Part shown: positions 9,538 through 18,332 of the stretch, in pieces
How the letters are laid out: every line of letters starts with the position of its first letter
Position numbering within the stretch: position 1 is the first letter of the stretch
Source: Pirellulales bacterium
GTDB taxonomy: Bacteria > Planctomycetota > Planctomycetia > Pirellulales > JADZDJ01
DNA: 64,000 bases
Direction: 5' to 3'
NCBI GenBank assembly: GCA_020851115.1
Contig: JADZDJ010000018.1
Span: 15,780 to 79,779 of the forward strand
Notes under the pieces: generated by a model
Database searches by the model: none
Seen by the model: the letters and a program-made list of their open reading frames with translations, nothing else
What the model was told of the DNA's origin: nothing
Program-made: the position numbers and the translations under genes

Positions 9538-10632
9538 TCATTCAATTACCTCGCGCATTGCCGTCAGCTCGCCGTGCAGCATATTCAACCCGGCCTGCAA
9601 AAAGGCCACGGCCATCGGCCCGACGAAGATGCCAATGGGGCCGAGCGCCTGGACTCCGCCGAGTACACTCAACACAGCCAATAGCGGGTTCAATTTCGAG
9701 CGGCCGTGCAGGACGATCGGTTTGAGGACATTATCGACCATCGAAATGATGCTCACGCCGTAGAGCGCGAGCAGAATTCCGGCCAGGTGCCTGTTTTCCA
9801 CGAAAAACAGCCACAGTGCCGCACTGATCCAAACGGAGGCTGCTCCGACGAATGGAATCATCGAGCCTAGAAACGTCAGCAGCATGAGCAAAAAGACCGA
9901 ACCCAACCCACAGAAATAAAAGCCGATACCGGCCAAGATCGATTGAGCCAACCCGGCGAGCAAATGGGCTGCCACGACCGCGCGACTGACTTCTTCAAAC
10001 TCGCCTACCAGTCGCTGCTGATAGTTTGCATCGAGCGGAATTAGTCGCATCAGCGTGGCCATGAATTCGCGGCCGTCGGCCAAAAAGTAGTACAGCGCCA
10101 GCACATGAACGAAGAATCCGAGAATGAAATCGAACACAAACCCCGGCGCGCGGGCGGCGATCGGCCCCAGCCAAGTGTTGATTTTTTCGGTCACGTCGTG
10201 CCGCACGGCTCCTGGGTCGAGTTGCAAGCCGAACTGGCTGTTGATCATCGCTACGAAATTGTCGAATTTATCGTTGAAGTGAAATTCTCCCGGACCATGC
10301 ACCAAGTGGACTGCGTCACTCGCGGCTTTGTAGATGATGCCGGCTGTGGGCAGCAGCACGATCAATAGAATGGCCGCTGTGGTAACGCCGGCGGCGATAC
10401 GATCGTATCTGCCGCACTTGCTGATGATCCACTGATGCATCGGCCGAAACAGCACGGTGAGCATTGCCGCCAAGAACAGCGGCACGATAAACCTCGCCAC
10501 AACCATGTAAAACAAGCCGCCAAAGAGCGCTATCAGCGCCAGCAGCACGACGAGCGAGACAATCCGCGATACCGCGGTGGGAGCATGCGATGGCGGAGGA
10601 TTCGTCTTGGGGGGTGTCATTTGACGAAACAT
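9538..10632 (-). CDS. AI-2E family transporter (PerM/UPF0118)
   Basis: 364-aa polytopic membrane protein with the typical C-terminal region '..GGVQALGPIGIFVGPMAVAFLQ..'. It is a paralogue of 40706..41890. Confidence 0.8.
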   Translation of the reverse strand: MFRQMTPPKTNPPPSHAPTAVSRIVSLVVLLALIALFGGLFYMVVARFIVPLFLAAMLTVLFRPMHQWIISKCGRYDRIAAGVTTAAILLIVLLPTAGIIYKAASDAVHLVHGPGEFHFNDKFDNFVAMINSQFGLQLDPGAVRHDVTEKINTWLGPIAARAPGFVFDFILGFFVHVLALYYFLADGREFMATLMRLIPLDANYQQRLVGEFEEVSRAVVAAHLLAGLAQSILAGIGFYFCGLGSVFLLMLLTFLGSMIPFVGAASVWISAALWLFFVENRHLAGILLALYGVSIISMVDNVLKPIVLHGRSKLNPLLAVLSVLGGVQALGPIGIFVGPMAVAFLQAGLNMLHGELTAMREVIE

Positions 10633-10724
10633 TCTAAACGACTTTCGCCCGCCCCGCCCAGAGCACCCGTTATCCTACCTGTGCCGCGAAGGGTACACTA
10701 GAACGCACCGGTTCTTACCCTGCT

Positions 10725-11705
10725 TTGATGCAACCGCGCTGCATGCCCGCTTCAATACGCCGCAATTTGGTTTGGCTCGCCAAGCTCGCGATTCTGGCGA
10801 TTGTCGTCTGGGGCGGGCATCGCACGATTGCAAAGGCGCTGGCCGACTTGCGCCACAACGGCTGGCAGCTTCAGCAACTCCAAATCGGCTGGGCCATCCT
10901 GAGTGGCGCGCTGTATTTGTTGAGCCAGCTTCCGTGTGGCTGGTTTTGGCGCGGCGTGCTTCAGGGTCTCGGACCGCGCGTTGCCGCATTCGCCGCGCTG
11001 CGCGCGTACTTCATCGGTCATCTCGGCAAATATGTGCCAGGCAAGGCGATGGTCGTCGTCCTGAGGTCTGGCTTGATCCGCGGCCTCAGCGTCAAGCCAG
11101 TGATGGCTGTGGTTGCCGTGTTTTATGAGACGTTCACTACGATGGCCTGCGGCGCCGTGCTGGCCGCGATGCTTTTAGTGGTGATGCGGCACGAATCGAC
11201 CGGTCTGATTTTTGCTTCGCTGGGGCTGGCCGCGATCGTCGGATTGCCAACCTTGCCGCCGGCGTTCAGTCGATTGCTGCGGCTGACACGGATTGCGCGC
11301 ACGGAGCCTGATTTGACAGCCGAGCCGATTCGCTTGTCGGCGAAGTTGCTGTTGCGCGGCTGGGCAACGATTGGCGTCGGATGGTTTTTCGGTGGTGCAA
11401 GTTTGTGGGCCGCACTGCGAGCAATTGGCGTTGCAAACGCCGAACTGTTCGCCATGCTGCCGCTATGCACGGCGGTTACCGCGCTCGCTGTCGTCTTGGG
11501 ATTTGTATCGATGCTCCCGGCGGGCTTTGGCGTCCGCGAGGTAGTTTTATTGGAACTCTTGGCCCCACGATTGAATGAGATTTCGCCTGGCAACGGCGAC
11601 ACTGCGGCCCTCATCGCGGTGATCGTGCTACGACTTATATGGTTTATAGCGGAAGTGCTCGCCTCGGCCATTCTGTATGGAATAAAGCCTGCCCCACCCA
11701 GATGA
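10725..11705 (+). CDS. UPF0104 / lysylphosphatidylglycerol-synthase-TM-like 'flippase-like' membrane protein
   Basis: 326-aa polytopic protein with family-typical 'GHLGKYVPGKAM' and 'LPAGFGVREVVLLE'. The ATG at 10728 is an equally possible start. Confidence 0.7.
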   Translation: MMQPRCMPASIRRNLVWLAKLAILAIVVWGGHRTIAKALADLRHNGWQLQQLQIGWAILSGALYLLSQLPCGWFWRGVLQGLGPRVAAFAALRAYFIGHLGKYVPGKAMVVVLRSGLIRGLSVKPVMAVVAVFYETFTTMACGAVLAAMLLVVMRHESTGLIFASLGLAAIVGLPTLPPAFSRLLRLTRIARTEPDLTAEPIRLSAKLLLRGWATIGVGWFFGGASLWAALRAIGVANAELFAMLPLCTAVTALAVVLGFVSMLPAGFGVREVVLLELLAPRLNEISPGNGDTAALIAVIVLRLIWFIAEVLASAILYGIKPAPPR

Positions 11706-11801
11706 ATTATTCGGCGGCTTCGTGTATCCTTATGAAGCGAGCCGCAATGGCAGCCTATCGTGTCGCGTCCACCCACGTCCGCATACCGACCGCCAACACG
11801 A

Positions 11802-12794
11802 ATGCTCTCGATCGTCATTCCCGTCCGCGATGAAGCCGAAAGCCTGACGGCGCTATATGGCGAGTTGTGCGAAGTGGCGACGGCCAATGGCTATGCGGCT
11901 GAATTCGTCTTCATCAATGACGGCTCGACCGACCATTCGTGGGAGGTCATCAAGCGGTTAGCGGCGGACGACAACCGAGTTCGCGCCATCCGCTTTCGTC
12001 GCAACTTTGGCAAAGCCGCGGCGCTCAATGCCGGCTTTCGAGCCGCTCGCGGCGAGCTGGTGATGACGCTCGACGCCGACCTGCAGGACGATCCCCACGA
12101 AATCCCTCGATTTCTGGCAAAAATGGAGGAGGGTTGCGACGTCGTGAGCGGCTGGAAACGAGTGCGCCACGACCCGTGGCACAAAGTCGGCCCTTCGCGT
12201 GTTTTCAATTGGCTCGTAAGCTGGCTCACGGGCGTCGATCTGCACGATCATAATTGTGGCATGAAAAGCTACCGCCGCGAGATTTTTGACGAAGTGCGGC
12301 TGTATGGCGAATTGCACCGCTTTGTGCCGGTGCTGGCTCACGCGCGAGGCTATCGCGTCGGCGAGTTGGAAATCAATCATCGCCCCCGCAAATTTGGCCG
12401 ATCGAAATACGGGGTCACGCGCATCGTGAAGGGATTTCTCGATCTGTTCACCGTAAAGTTCTTGACCGGCTTCGGACAGCGGCCACAACATTTTTTGGGA
12501 ACGCTTGGTTTGATTTTTTTCTTTCTAGGCTTGATCGGAATGACCTATTTGGCAGTCTATTGGCTGCTTGGGCAATTGCATCCAGGCCAGTATGAGCCGC
12601 TGCATAACCGGCCGCTACTGCTGTACAGCGTGGCCTCGTTGCTGCTAGGCGGCCAATTGATGTCGATCGGATTTCTCGCAGAGCTGATCACCGCCTACCA
12701 TGGCCGCGATTCAGATACTTACTCCATCGCCGAACGAATTAATTTGCCAAAACACCCGCCAAACAATCAATGCACTCCTCACCCTCCGCCGTGA
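11802..12794 (+). CDS. family 2 glycosyltransferase, polyprenyl-phosphate sugar synthase type (ArnC/GtrB/DPM1-like)
   Basis: The track ORF starts at 11760; the ATG at 11802 gives 'MLSIVIPVRDEAESL'. Other motifs are 'FINDGSTDHS' and 'TLDADLQDDP' (DxD). Two C-terminal TM helices are present. Confidence 0.85.
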   Translation: MLSIVIPVRDEAESLTALYGELCEVATANGYAAEFVFINDGSTDHSWEVIKRLAADDNRVRAIRFRRNFGKAAALNAGFRAARGELVMTLDADLQDDPHEIPRFLAKMEEGCDVVSGWKRVRHDPWHKVGPSRVFNWLVSWLTGVDLHDHNCGMKSYRREIFDEVRLYGELHRFVPVLAHARGYRVGELEINHRPRKFGRSKYGVTRIVKGFLDLFTVKFLTGFGQRPQHFLGTLGLIFFFLGLIGMTYLAVYWLLGQLHPGQYEPLHNRPLLLYSVASLLLGGQLMSIGFLAELITAYHGRDSDTYSIAERINLPKHPPNNQCTPHPPP

Positions 12795-12907
12795 GGAAAC
12801 GCTGCCATGAACGCAACCATGGTGAATGCAGGTTGAGTCCAATTCAATGCAATCCCACGATGCTCTCCGTGGATTGTCACCGGGGACCGTGAAAAACGCA
12901 CTCCGCT

Positions 12908-14473
12908 ATGAACAACAGCCAAATTCTTACTCCGGACGACGAAGCCCGCGCGCGACTCCGCCGCAGCATCTACGCAATCTTGGTGACGCTCTCGGTCGGC
13001 GCCATGCTTGGCCGCGTACTAGCGCTGAATTCCGTCGACGTGATCAAGCTCGAAGATCGGCTTAATGCCGATCGAGTGAAGAAAAATGAGTCCAAGCTGC
13101 AGTTGCAACGCCCATTTCTCAGCGCCAACGACCGCAGCCGTTGGTTGACGATGCGGGCGCTGGTGGAAAAAGGGACGTACGCCATCGATCAATACGTGAC
13201 CGACCCTGAAACGCACCCCAGTTGGGACACGATCGACATGGTCGTCCATCAAGACCGAACTGGCCAGCCACATTGCTACAGCAGCAAACCGCCGCTGCTG
13301 TCTACGGTTTATGCGGGAATCTACTGGGTGATTCATCAAGTAACGGGTAAGACGCTGGGAACGAATCCATATGAAATCGGGCGCTCGATCATCGTCGCGG
13401 TCAATATCTTGCCGATGATGGCCTACTTTTTTGTCCTGGCTAGCTTGCTCGATCGGTATGGCCGCACCGATTGGGGCCGTATTTTCGTGCTGGCTGCCGC
13501 GGCATTTGGTACCTATTTGACGACATTTGCCGTCGCGATAAATAACCATTTGCCAGCGGCGGTTTGCGCCATCATCACGCTTTATACAGTTTGCCGCATC
13601 TGGTACGACGGCCAGCGTCATTGGAAGTTTTTCGCCTGGAGTGGCTTCTTTGCGGCAGCAACGGTCGCTTGCGAATTGCCGGCGCTGTCGCTATTCGCAG
13701 TCGTCGCAGCGGGATTGCTCTGGAAAGCGCCGCGGCAAACGCTGTTGGCGTTTGTGCCGGCCGCGCTGGTTGTGGCTGTTCCCTACTTCATGACCAATTG
13801 GCTCGCACACGGAACGCTCAGGCCGGCCTACAGTTTCCGCGAATACACGCGCGTCGAAGGCCAAGACCCGAACACGCTTGCCGGCGCATTTGAAGGCACG
13901 ATCACCGTCGATAGCGGCAAAACGGTCACCATCCGCGGCAATGAAAACAACTGGTACGATTACGAGTACACACGCACCGATCGCAAGCCAAACAATCCGG
14001 TGCAAAGTTACTGGCGTAATCCATCGGGCTTCGATATCGGCGAAGCATCGCGCGGCAATTATGCCTTTCATCTGCTCGTTGGCCACCACGGCATTTTTTC
14101 GCTCACACCGCTATGGCTGCTGGTGATTCCTGGGGTCTTACTTCTCGGGTGGAGTAAAGACTATCGTCTGCGAGACTTGGCAATCATGACTATCATACTC
14201 ACCTTGGTCTGCATCTCGTTTTACATCATGCGGCCCAAGATCGAACGCAATTATGGCGGCACAAGTAGCGCTTTCCGCTGGATTTTTTGGCTTTCCCCGC
14301 TCTGGTTAGTTGCAATCTTGCCTGCGGCGGACAGGCTCTCGGCTTGGCGCTGGGGGCGAGCGGTAGGATGTTTTTTGCTGGCTGTTTCCGTGATGTCGGC
14401 TGCATACCCAATCTGGAACCCCTGGATTCACCCGTGGCTGGCCGTATTCTGGCAGTACATGGGCTGGGGATAG
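12908..14473 (+). CDS. polytopic membrane protein, probable GT-C fold glycosyltransferase (ArnT/PMT-like)
   Basis: 521 aa with many TM helices. A periplasmic-loop motif 'YSSKPPLLSTVYAG' resembles the GT-C (GT39/GT83) signature. The gene follows the GT2 gene on the same strand. Confidence 0.55.
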   Translation: MNNSQILTPDDEARARLRRSIYAILVTLSVGAMLGRVLALNSVDVIKLEDRLNADRVKKNESKLQLQRPFLSANDRSRWLTMRALVEKGTYAIDQYVTDPETHPSWDTIDMVVHQDRTGQPHCYSSKPPLLSTVYAGIYWVIHQVTGKTLGTNPYEIGRSIIVAVNILPMMAYFFVLASLLDRYGRTDWGRIFVLAAAAFGTYLTTFAVAINNHLPAAVCAIITLYTVCRIWYDGQRHWKFFAWSGFFAAATVACELPALSLFAVVAAGLLWKAPRQTLLAFVPAALVVAVPYFMTNWLAHGTLRPAYSFREYTRVEGQDPNTLAGAFEGTITVDSGKTVTIRGNENNWYDYEYTRTDRKPNNPVQSYWRNPSGFDIGEASRGNYAFHLLVGHHGIFSLTPLWLLVIPGVLLLGWSKDYRLRDLAIMTIILTLVCISFYIMRPKIERNYGGTSSAFRWIFWLSPLWLVAILPAADRLSAWRWGRAVGCFLLAVSVMSAAYPIWNPWIHPWLAVFWQYMGWG

Positions 14474-14484
14474 GAGAGGATAGT

Positions 14485-14506
14485 ATTCGGGCTTGGGAGT
14501 TCAGGG
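14485..14506 (+). repeat. heptanucleotide array ATTCGGG CTTGGGA GTTCAGG (TTCRGG family)
   Basis: Read directly. It starts 12 nt after the stop of the GT-C gene. Confidence 0.65.
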
Positions 14507-14567
14507 ACCGGCCTATCTTTCTCGACATTCATCAAGGAACTTCAAATCCCCGCTGTCCAATGTTATG

Positions 14568-14587
14568 GAGTCTCGATTCCGAGACTC
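14568..14587 (+). repeat. perfect 8-bp hairpin (GAGTCTCG-ATTC-CGAGACTC)
   Basis: Read directly from the sequence. It lies ~95 nt after the GT-C gene stop. No U-tract follows. Confidence 0.7.
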
Positions 14588-14615
14588 GCCGATACCCTGA
14601 ACTTCAAACTCTCTC

Positions 14616-14646
14616 TTGCATTATCCTCGCCCACTTGTGATATAAT
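14616..14646 (+). promoter_or_regulatory. sigma70-like promoter with extended -10 (TGaTATAAT)
   Basis: TTGCAT (14616-14621), a 19-nt spacer containing TG at 14638-14639, then TATAAT (14641-14646). It lies ~225 nt upstream of the pentapeptide-repeat gene. Confidence 0.45.
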
Positions 14647-14870
14647 CGGGGTGTCGAGTCCGGTACGTAGGTGAGCCTCTTTGGGAGACTCGTGGGGAGT
14701 GCAAGTTTGGCATATTGCCTGGCTGGCGCTGCAACTACGTCGAGGTAGAAGAAGAAGCAGTCTCGCACTGCCTTTAAGGACTCGAAGGGACAGAGACGGA
14801 CCAGTTCGCCCGGATCTTTCGATCAGAAGCACCGGCACCCTTTTCGGGCCTAACATGCCCAGGTGCGGCC

Positions 14871-15515
14871 ATGATCCAGATCAAACATAAGGCGACCGGC
14901 GCCGTCATGATGCAGCTCGACGCCGATTCGCTCCATGGCGTGAAATTGACTGGCATTAAATTCTCTGGTGCCTGTCTACGGGGATTTTGTTTTCGCGAAT
15001 TGGACTTGCGGAATTCTGATTTGCGCGAGACTGACTTGCGCGAATGCGACTTTTCGGGTGCGAACCTGAATGGCATCATCCTCGACGGCGCGAATGCCGC
15101 CCGCGCGATTTTCTCGGGCGCCGATTTGACCGATGCTTCGCTGGTCAGCGTTGATTTTTCCGACGCGCGAATGGCGCGCGTCAACATGCGATATGCCAAG
15201 CTCACGGGGGCCAATCTGGCTGGGGCCGATCTCACGCGCGCCGATGTCAGCATGGCCGATCTGCGCGCCAATTTGAACCGTACCAACCTGTTTCATGCCG
15301 ATTTGCGCGGCGCCGATTTAAGCGGCGCGAATCTGACGGGCGCGAATCTCGAAGAGGCCGATCTTACCAATGCCAACATGACTTGCGCCATCATGGCACG
15401 CGCCAAAGTGCGGGACACGATTGACAGCGCCGGCCGGCATAAACAGGTCGTCGCGGCCGGCTCGGTACGCACCGTCGCCAGACCTAGCCGACCCTGGTGG
15501 CAATTCTGGAGCTAG
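14871..15515 (+). CDS. pentapeptide repeat protein
   Basis: Long run of A(D/N)LXX pentads, e.g. 'ANLAGADLTRADVSMADLRANLNRTNLFHADLRGADLSGANLTGANLEEADLTNANM'. Confidence 0.85.
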   Translation: MIQIKHKATGAVMMQLDADSLHGVKLTGIKFSGACLRGFCFRELDLRNSDLRETDLRECDFSGANLNGIILDGANAARAIFSGADLTDASLVSVDFSDARMARVNMRYAKLTGANLAGADLTRADVSMADLRANLNRTNLFHADLRGADLSGANLTGANLEEADLTNANMTCAIMARAKVRDTIDSAGRHKQVVAAGSVRTVARPSRPWWQFWS

Positions 15516-15579
15516 TTTTTTCGCGCGTCCGCGGAGATGTTGTCGCGGCGAACGGACACTGCGCGCGGCGCGTTCGATC

Positions 15580-15957
15580 ATGTATCATGGGAGCATCTTT
15601 CCACCCCTCACCGATTTATTGCTGATGGACGCACCGCTTGAAATCGACGTTCGTACGGTGAAATCAAAGCTCGATGCTTGCGAAGACTTCTTCTTCGTCG
15701 ATTGTCGTGAACCCGACGAACATGCCACGGCGAGCATTGCCCAGGCAAAGCTGATTCCGATGAGCCAAATCACTGAACGGATCGGCGAATTGGAGATGTA
15801 CCGCGATCAGCCGATCGTCATCCATTGCCACCACGGCGGCCGGAGCCTGCGCGTGGCTCGCTGGTTACGCGAAAACGGCTTTGCGAAGGCCCAAAGCATG
15901 GCGGGAGGGATTGACCTGTGGTCGCAGGAAATCGATGCGCTGGTGCCACGGTACTAA
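15580..15957 (+). CDS. rhodanese-like sulfurtransferase domain protein
   Basis: The track ORF starts at 15421 because no upstream stop occurs. Plausible starts are the ATG at 15580 or 15625. The active-site loop is 'IVIHCHHGGRSLRVARWL'. Confidence 0.8.
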   Translation: MYHGSIFPPLTDLLLMDAPLEIDVRTVKSKLDACEDFFFVDCREPDEHATASIAQAKLIPMSQITERIGELEMYRDQPIVIHCHHGGRSLRVARWLRENGFAKAQSMAGGIDLWSQEIDALVPRY

Positions 15958-15993
15958 ATGGCCGCTGGTCAGTCATGCGTCTTCAAGCGGCCC

Positions 15994-16022
15994 TTGAATC
16001 GCAATCTAATGCGACCTATAAA
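15994..16022 (+). promoter_or_regulatory. sigma70-like promoter for tRNA-Leu
   Basis: TTGAAT (15994-15999), a 17-nt spacer, then TATAAA (16017-16022). The predicted TSS is ~15 nt upstream of the mature tRNA 5' end (16046). Confidence 0.5.
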
Positions 16023-16045
16023 GTCTAGTTGCCTTTTTCAATCGC

Positions 16046-16129
16046 GCGGTTGTGGCGGAATTGGCAGACGCGCAAGCCTCAGGAGCTTGTGGCCGCAAGG
16101 CCGTGGAGGTTCAAGTCCTCTCAACCGCA
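16046..16129 (+). tRNA. tRNA-Leu (anticodon CAG), type II with long variable arm
   Basis: Acceptor stem GCGGTTG/CAACCGC plus discriminator A. Anticodon stem CAAGC/GCTTG with loop CTCAGGA. Long variable arm (GTGGCCGCAAGGCCGTG). T-arm GGAGG TTCAAGT CCTCT. CCA is not encoded. Confidence 0.9.
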
Positions 16130-16363
16130 TTGTGCCGCGGCAGATCGGTCGGCATCGAACCGTGTGAATGGTTATTTGCCACGCGAATAAAAAGCATCGC
16201 ATTGACGGCGCTTCCATCACTTCGGATTGCCAGGAAGCGCGAACGACCTGTCCGCTTTTCAACTGGTGTGGCCTGCGATGGAGCGATTCCAATCACGCGG
16301 ATAACAAGTTAGCAGGGCTAATCGAGTTGAAGCGCCGTTCGGGTTGCGGACGAACCGGCGACA

Positions 16364-16377
16364 AATCAGGATTCAGT
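16364..16377 (+). repeat. heptanucleotide pair AATCAGG ATTCAGT (TTCRGG family)
   Basis: Read directly. It lies 9 nt beyond the stop codon (16386-16388) of the minus-strand lipoate-ligase-like gene. Confidence 0.55.
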
Positions 16378-16385
16378 TGCCGGGA

Positions 16386-17111
16386 TCACAGCCGTAGATT
16401 CCACGAATCGCAGCAATATTTTTCCGCCACCAATTGGGCGGTTTGTTCGCGCGGCCAATCGATCGGAGTGGCCTGTGCGTTAAACGCTTCCTTGATTTCT
16501 TGTCGCAGCGCTGCGACCGACAGCGGCAAATTCATCAGAAAATCGTGATGTCCGCGGCCGGCTCGATAGTCCGGCTGTCGCGACGGCATCTGGAGCAACG
16601 ATTCGACCTGCTTCAACGGGAAATCGTAGAGCAAAGTGCCGTGGTAGAGCAGATGTGTTCGTTTGCAGCGGATGCTGTTTCCAGAGAATTTGCGGTTGGC
16701 GATGGCCAAATCGCTCGTACCGGCGCGGCAAATGTTCGTGTCGCCAATGCGCGTTTGCAACGCGGTGCCAATGGTGTCGAGCACAAACTGATGAGCACGG
16801 CCGATGGATCGTAATTCCGGACGCTTTTCGTAGCTTAAGACGATGGAGTACATCAAACAGCCAGCACCGGTGACGATGGCTGCCCCGCCGCTGGGGCGTC
16901 GCAGCACGGGCACATCGCGCCGCCGACACTCATCCAGCTTCACTTCATCAGCCGCCCGAGATGAACAGCCTACGACGACGATGAGGCTGTACGGCTCCCA
17001 AAATCGCAATACCTCGGTCGGCAGAGCAGCTTGCTCCGCCCACTCGAGCAGCGCTTCGTCGAGTGCGACGTTCTCGGCGGCCGTTTCGAGGGTCAGATCG
17101 AGAAACTGCAT
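16386..17111 (-). CDS. lipoate--protein ligase family protein (BPL/LPL catalytic domain)
   Basis: The track ORF runs to 17213; the ATG at 17111 gives 'MQFLDLTLET..'. Motifs: 'RRPSGGAAIV' and 'IANRKFSGNS' (conserved Lys). Confidence 0.75.
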   Translation of the reverse strand: MQFLDLTLETAAENVALDEALLEWAEQAALPTEVLRFWEPYSLIVVVGCSSRAADEVKLDECRRRDVPVLRRPSGGAAIVTGAGCLMYSIVLSYEKRPELRSIGRAHQFVLDTIGTALQTRIGDTNICRAGTSDLAIANRKFSGNSIRCKRTHLLYHGTLLYDFPLKQVESLLQMPSRQPDYRAGRGHHDFLMNLPLSVAALRQEIKEAFNAQATPIDWPREQTAQLVAEKYCCDSWNLRL

Positions 17112-17169
17112 GGAAGGGTTCAGGGTGTAGAAAAAGAGAGAAAACTGTTTCGACGGCAGAGGCTGCTGC

Positions 17170-17190
17170 CCCTGAGCCCTGAGTCCCGAG
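17170..17190 (-). repeat. heptanucleotide array (plus strand CCCTGAG CCCTGAG TCCCGAG; reverse complement CTCGGGA CTCAGGG CTCAGGG)
   Basis: Read directly. It sits in the divergent spacer between the lipoate-ligase-like gene and the HEAT gene. Confidence 0.65.
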
Positions 17191-17279
17191 GTCTTCCGCG
17201 GGTTGACGCACACCTTGTGGCATCTAGACTTAAGTATTGCGCTACCACCGTTTTTTGCAAATTCTTACCGCTACTCGCT

Positions 17280-18290
17280 ATGTCCGAAACCACACCTCTG
17301 CCAAGTTCGCTTTTGCCCGACGACGCCTTGCCGCCGGTGGAACCGCCAAGCGCTGGTTTTCTGGTGCAGTTATTTGTCATTCCTGGCGTGATCGTGGCCA
17401 TTATCGTCGCCGTGTGGCTGTTGTTCCACTGGCTGGCAAACATGGGGAACGATCCCGAACAGTATATTAAAAAACTGCGCGGCAACTCCGATATGCGCTG
17501 GCAAGCGGCGTCGAATTTGGCCGGCAGTTTACACGGCGAGGCCGGCGATCAGATCAAGGCCAATCCGAAGCAGGCCGCGGAACTTGCGGCCATACTCGAT
17601 GAAGAAATCACGGCTGGGAGGATGGACGAGAAGCCCGTGAATATGCGGATTTTTCTGTGCCGCGCGCTAGGTGAGTTTCGGGTACCGGAAGCGCTGCCGA
17701 TTTTGATCAAAGCGGCGTCGACGCAGCGCGATGAAAAGGAAATCGACGTTCGCCGCGCCGCCGTGCAAGGCTTGGCGGTAATCGCATCGAACTTAGCCGA
17801 TCCTTCGCTGTCGAAGAAATATCCAACCTTGGTTCCCACGATCGTTGATGCCTCCAGATCGGACAACGACCAACTGCGTACCGAAGCGGCCTTTGCGCTC
17901 GGTCAATTGGACGATGCTGCGGCAGCGGAGCGATTGAAAGCAATGCTCGACGATCCGCACGTGGATGCGCGATTCAACGCGGCTGGATTCTTAGCCCGTC
18001 GCGGAGATGGCGTCGTGCTACCGGTGCTTCTTGAAATGCTCGATCCCGATCAGGCATTGGCGACGCGCGACGAAAAAAAAGAAGCCCAGAACGGGAAGCG
18101 AATTTTGGTCAACATCAACGGCTTACGAAATCTCGTTGAACTGAAGCGAGCCAACCCAAGCCTCGACATCACCGACGCGATGAAAGCCGTCGAAGTATTG
18201 ACGCATTCCGAATTGCCCGAAGTGCGCGATCATGCGCTGGATGCGCAGCGGAAGCTAAAGGCGTCAACGGCGAAGTCACCGAGTACATAA
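17280..18290 (+). CDS. membrane-anchored HEAT-repeat protein
   Basis: The track ORF starts at 17031 (open frame); the ATG at 17280 gives 'MSETTPLP..'. One TM ('LVQLFVIPGVIVAIIVAVWLLF'). HEAT-like repeats: 'ALPILIKAAS..DVRRAAVQGLA', 'DDPHVDARFNAAGFLARRGD', 'ELPEVRDHALDA'. Confidence 0.7.
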   Translation: MSETTPLPSSLLPDDALPPVEPPSAGFLVQLFVIPGVIVAIIVAVWLLFHWLANMGNDPEQYIKKLRGNSDMRWQAASNLAGSLHGEAGDQIKANPKQAAELAAILDEEITAGRMDEKPVNMRIFLCRALGEFRVPEALPILIKAASTQRDEKEIDVRRAAVQGLAVIASNLADPSLSKKYPTLVPTIVDASRSDNDQLRTEAAFALGQLDDAAAAERLKAMLDDPHVDARFNAAGFLARRGDGVVLPVLLEMLDPDQALATRDEKKEAQNGKRILVNINGLRNLVELKRANPSLDITDAMKAVEVLTHSELPEVRDHALDAQRKLKASTAKSPST

Positions 18291-18332
18291 TTACCATCGT
18301 TCAGTACGAAGCATTCAAATCCGCGGACTGTT

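Noticed and set aside
17031-17279. N-terminal extensions of track ORFs: 17031, 15421, 35411, 60869, 53108, 54122, 59419, 52343, 43548, 17213, 5492.
   Set aside because: The extensions exist only because no stop codon occurs upstream. They overlap neighbouring genes or spacers and lack protein-like sequence. Internal ATGs reproduce canonical family N-termini such as MFTGLIE and MKNSEIAAAF.
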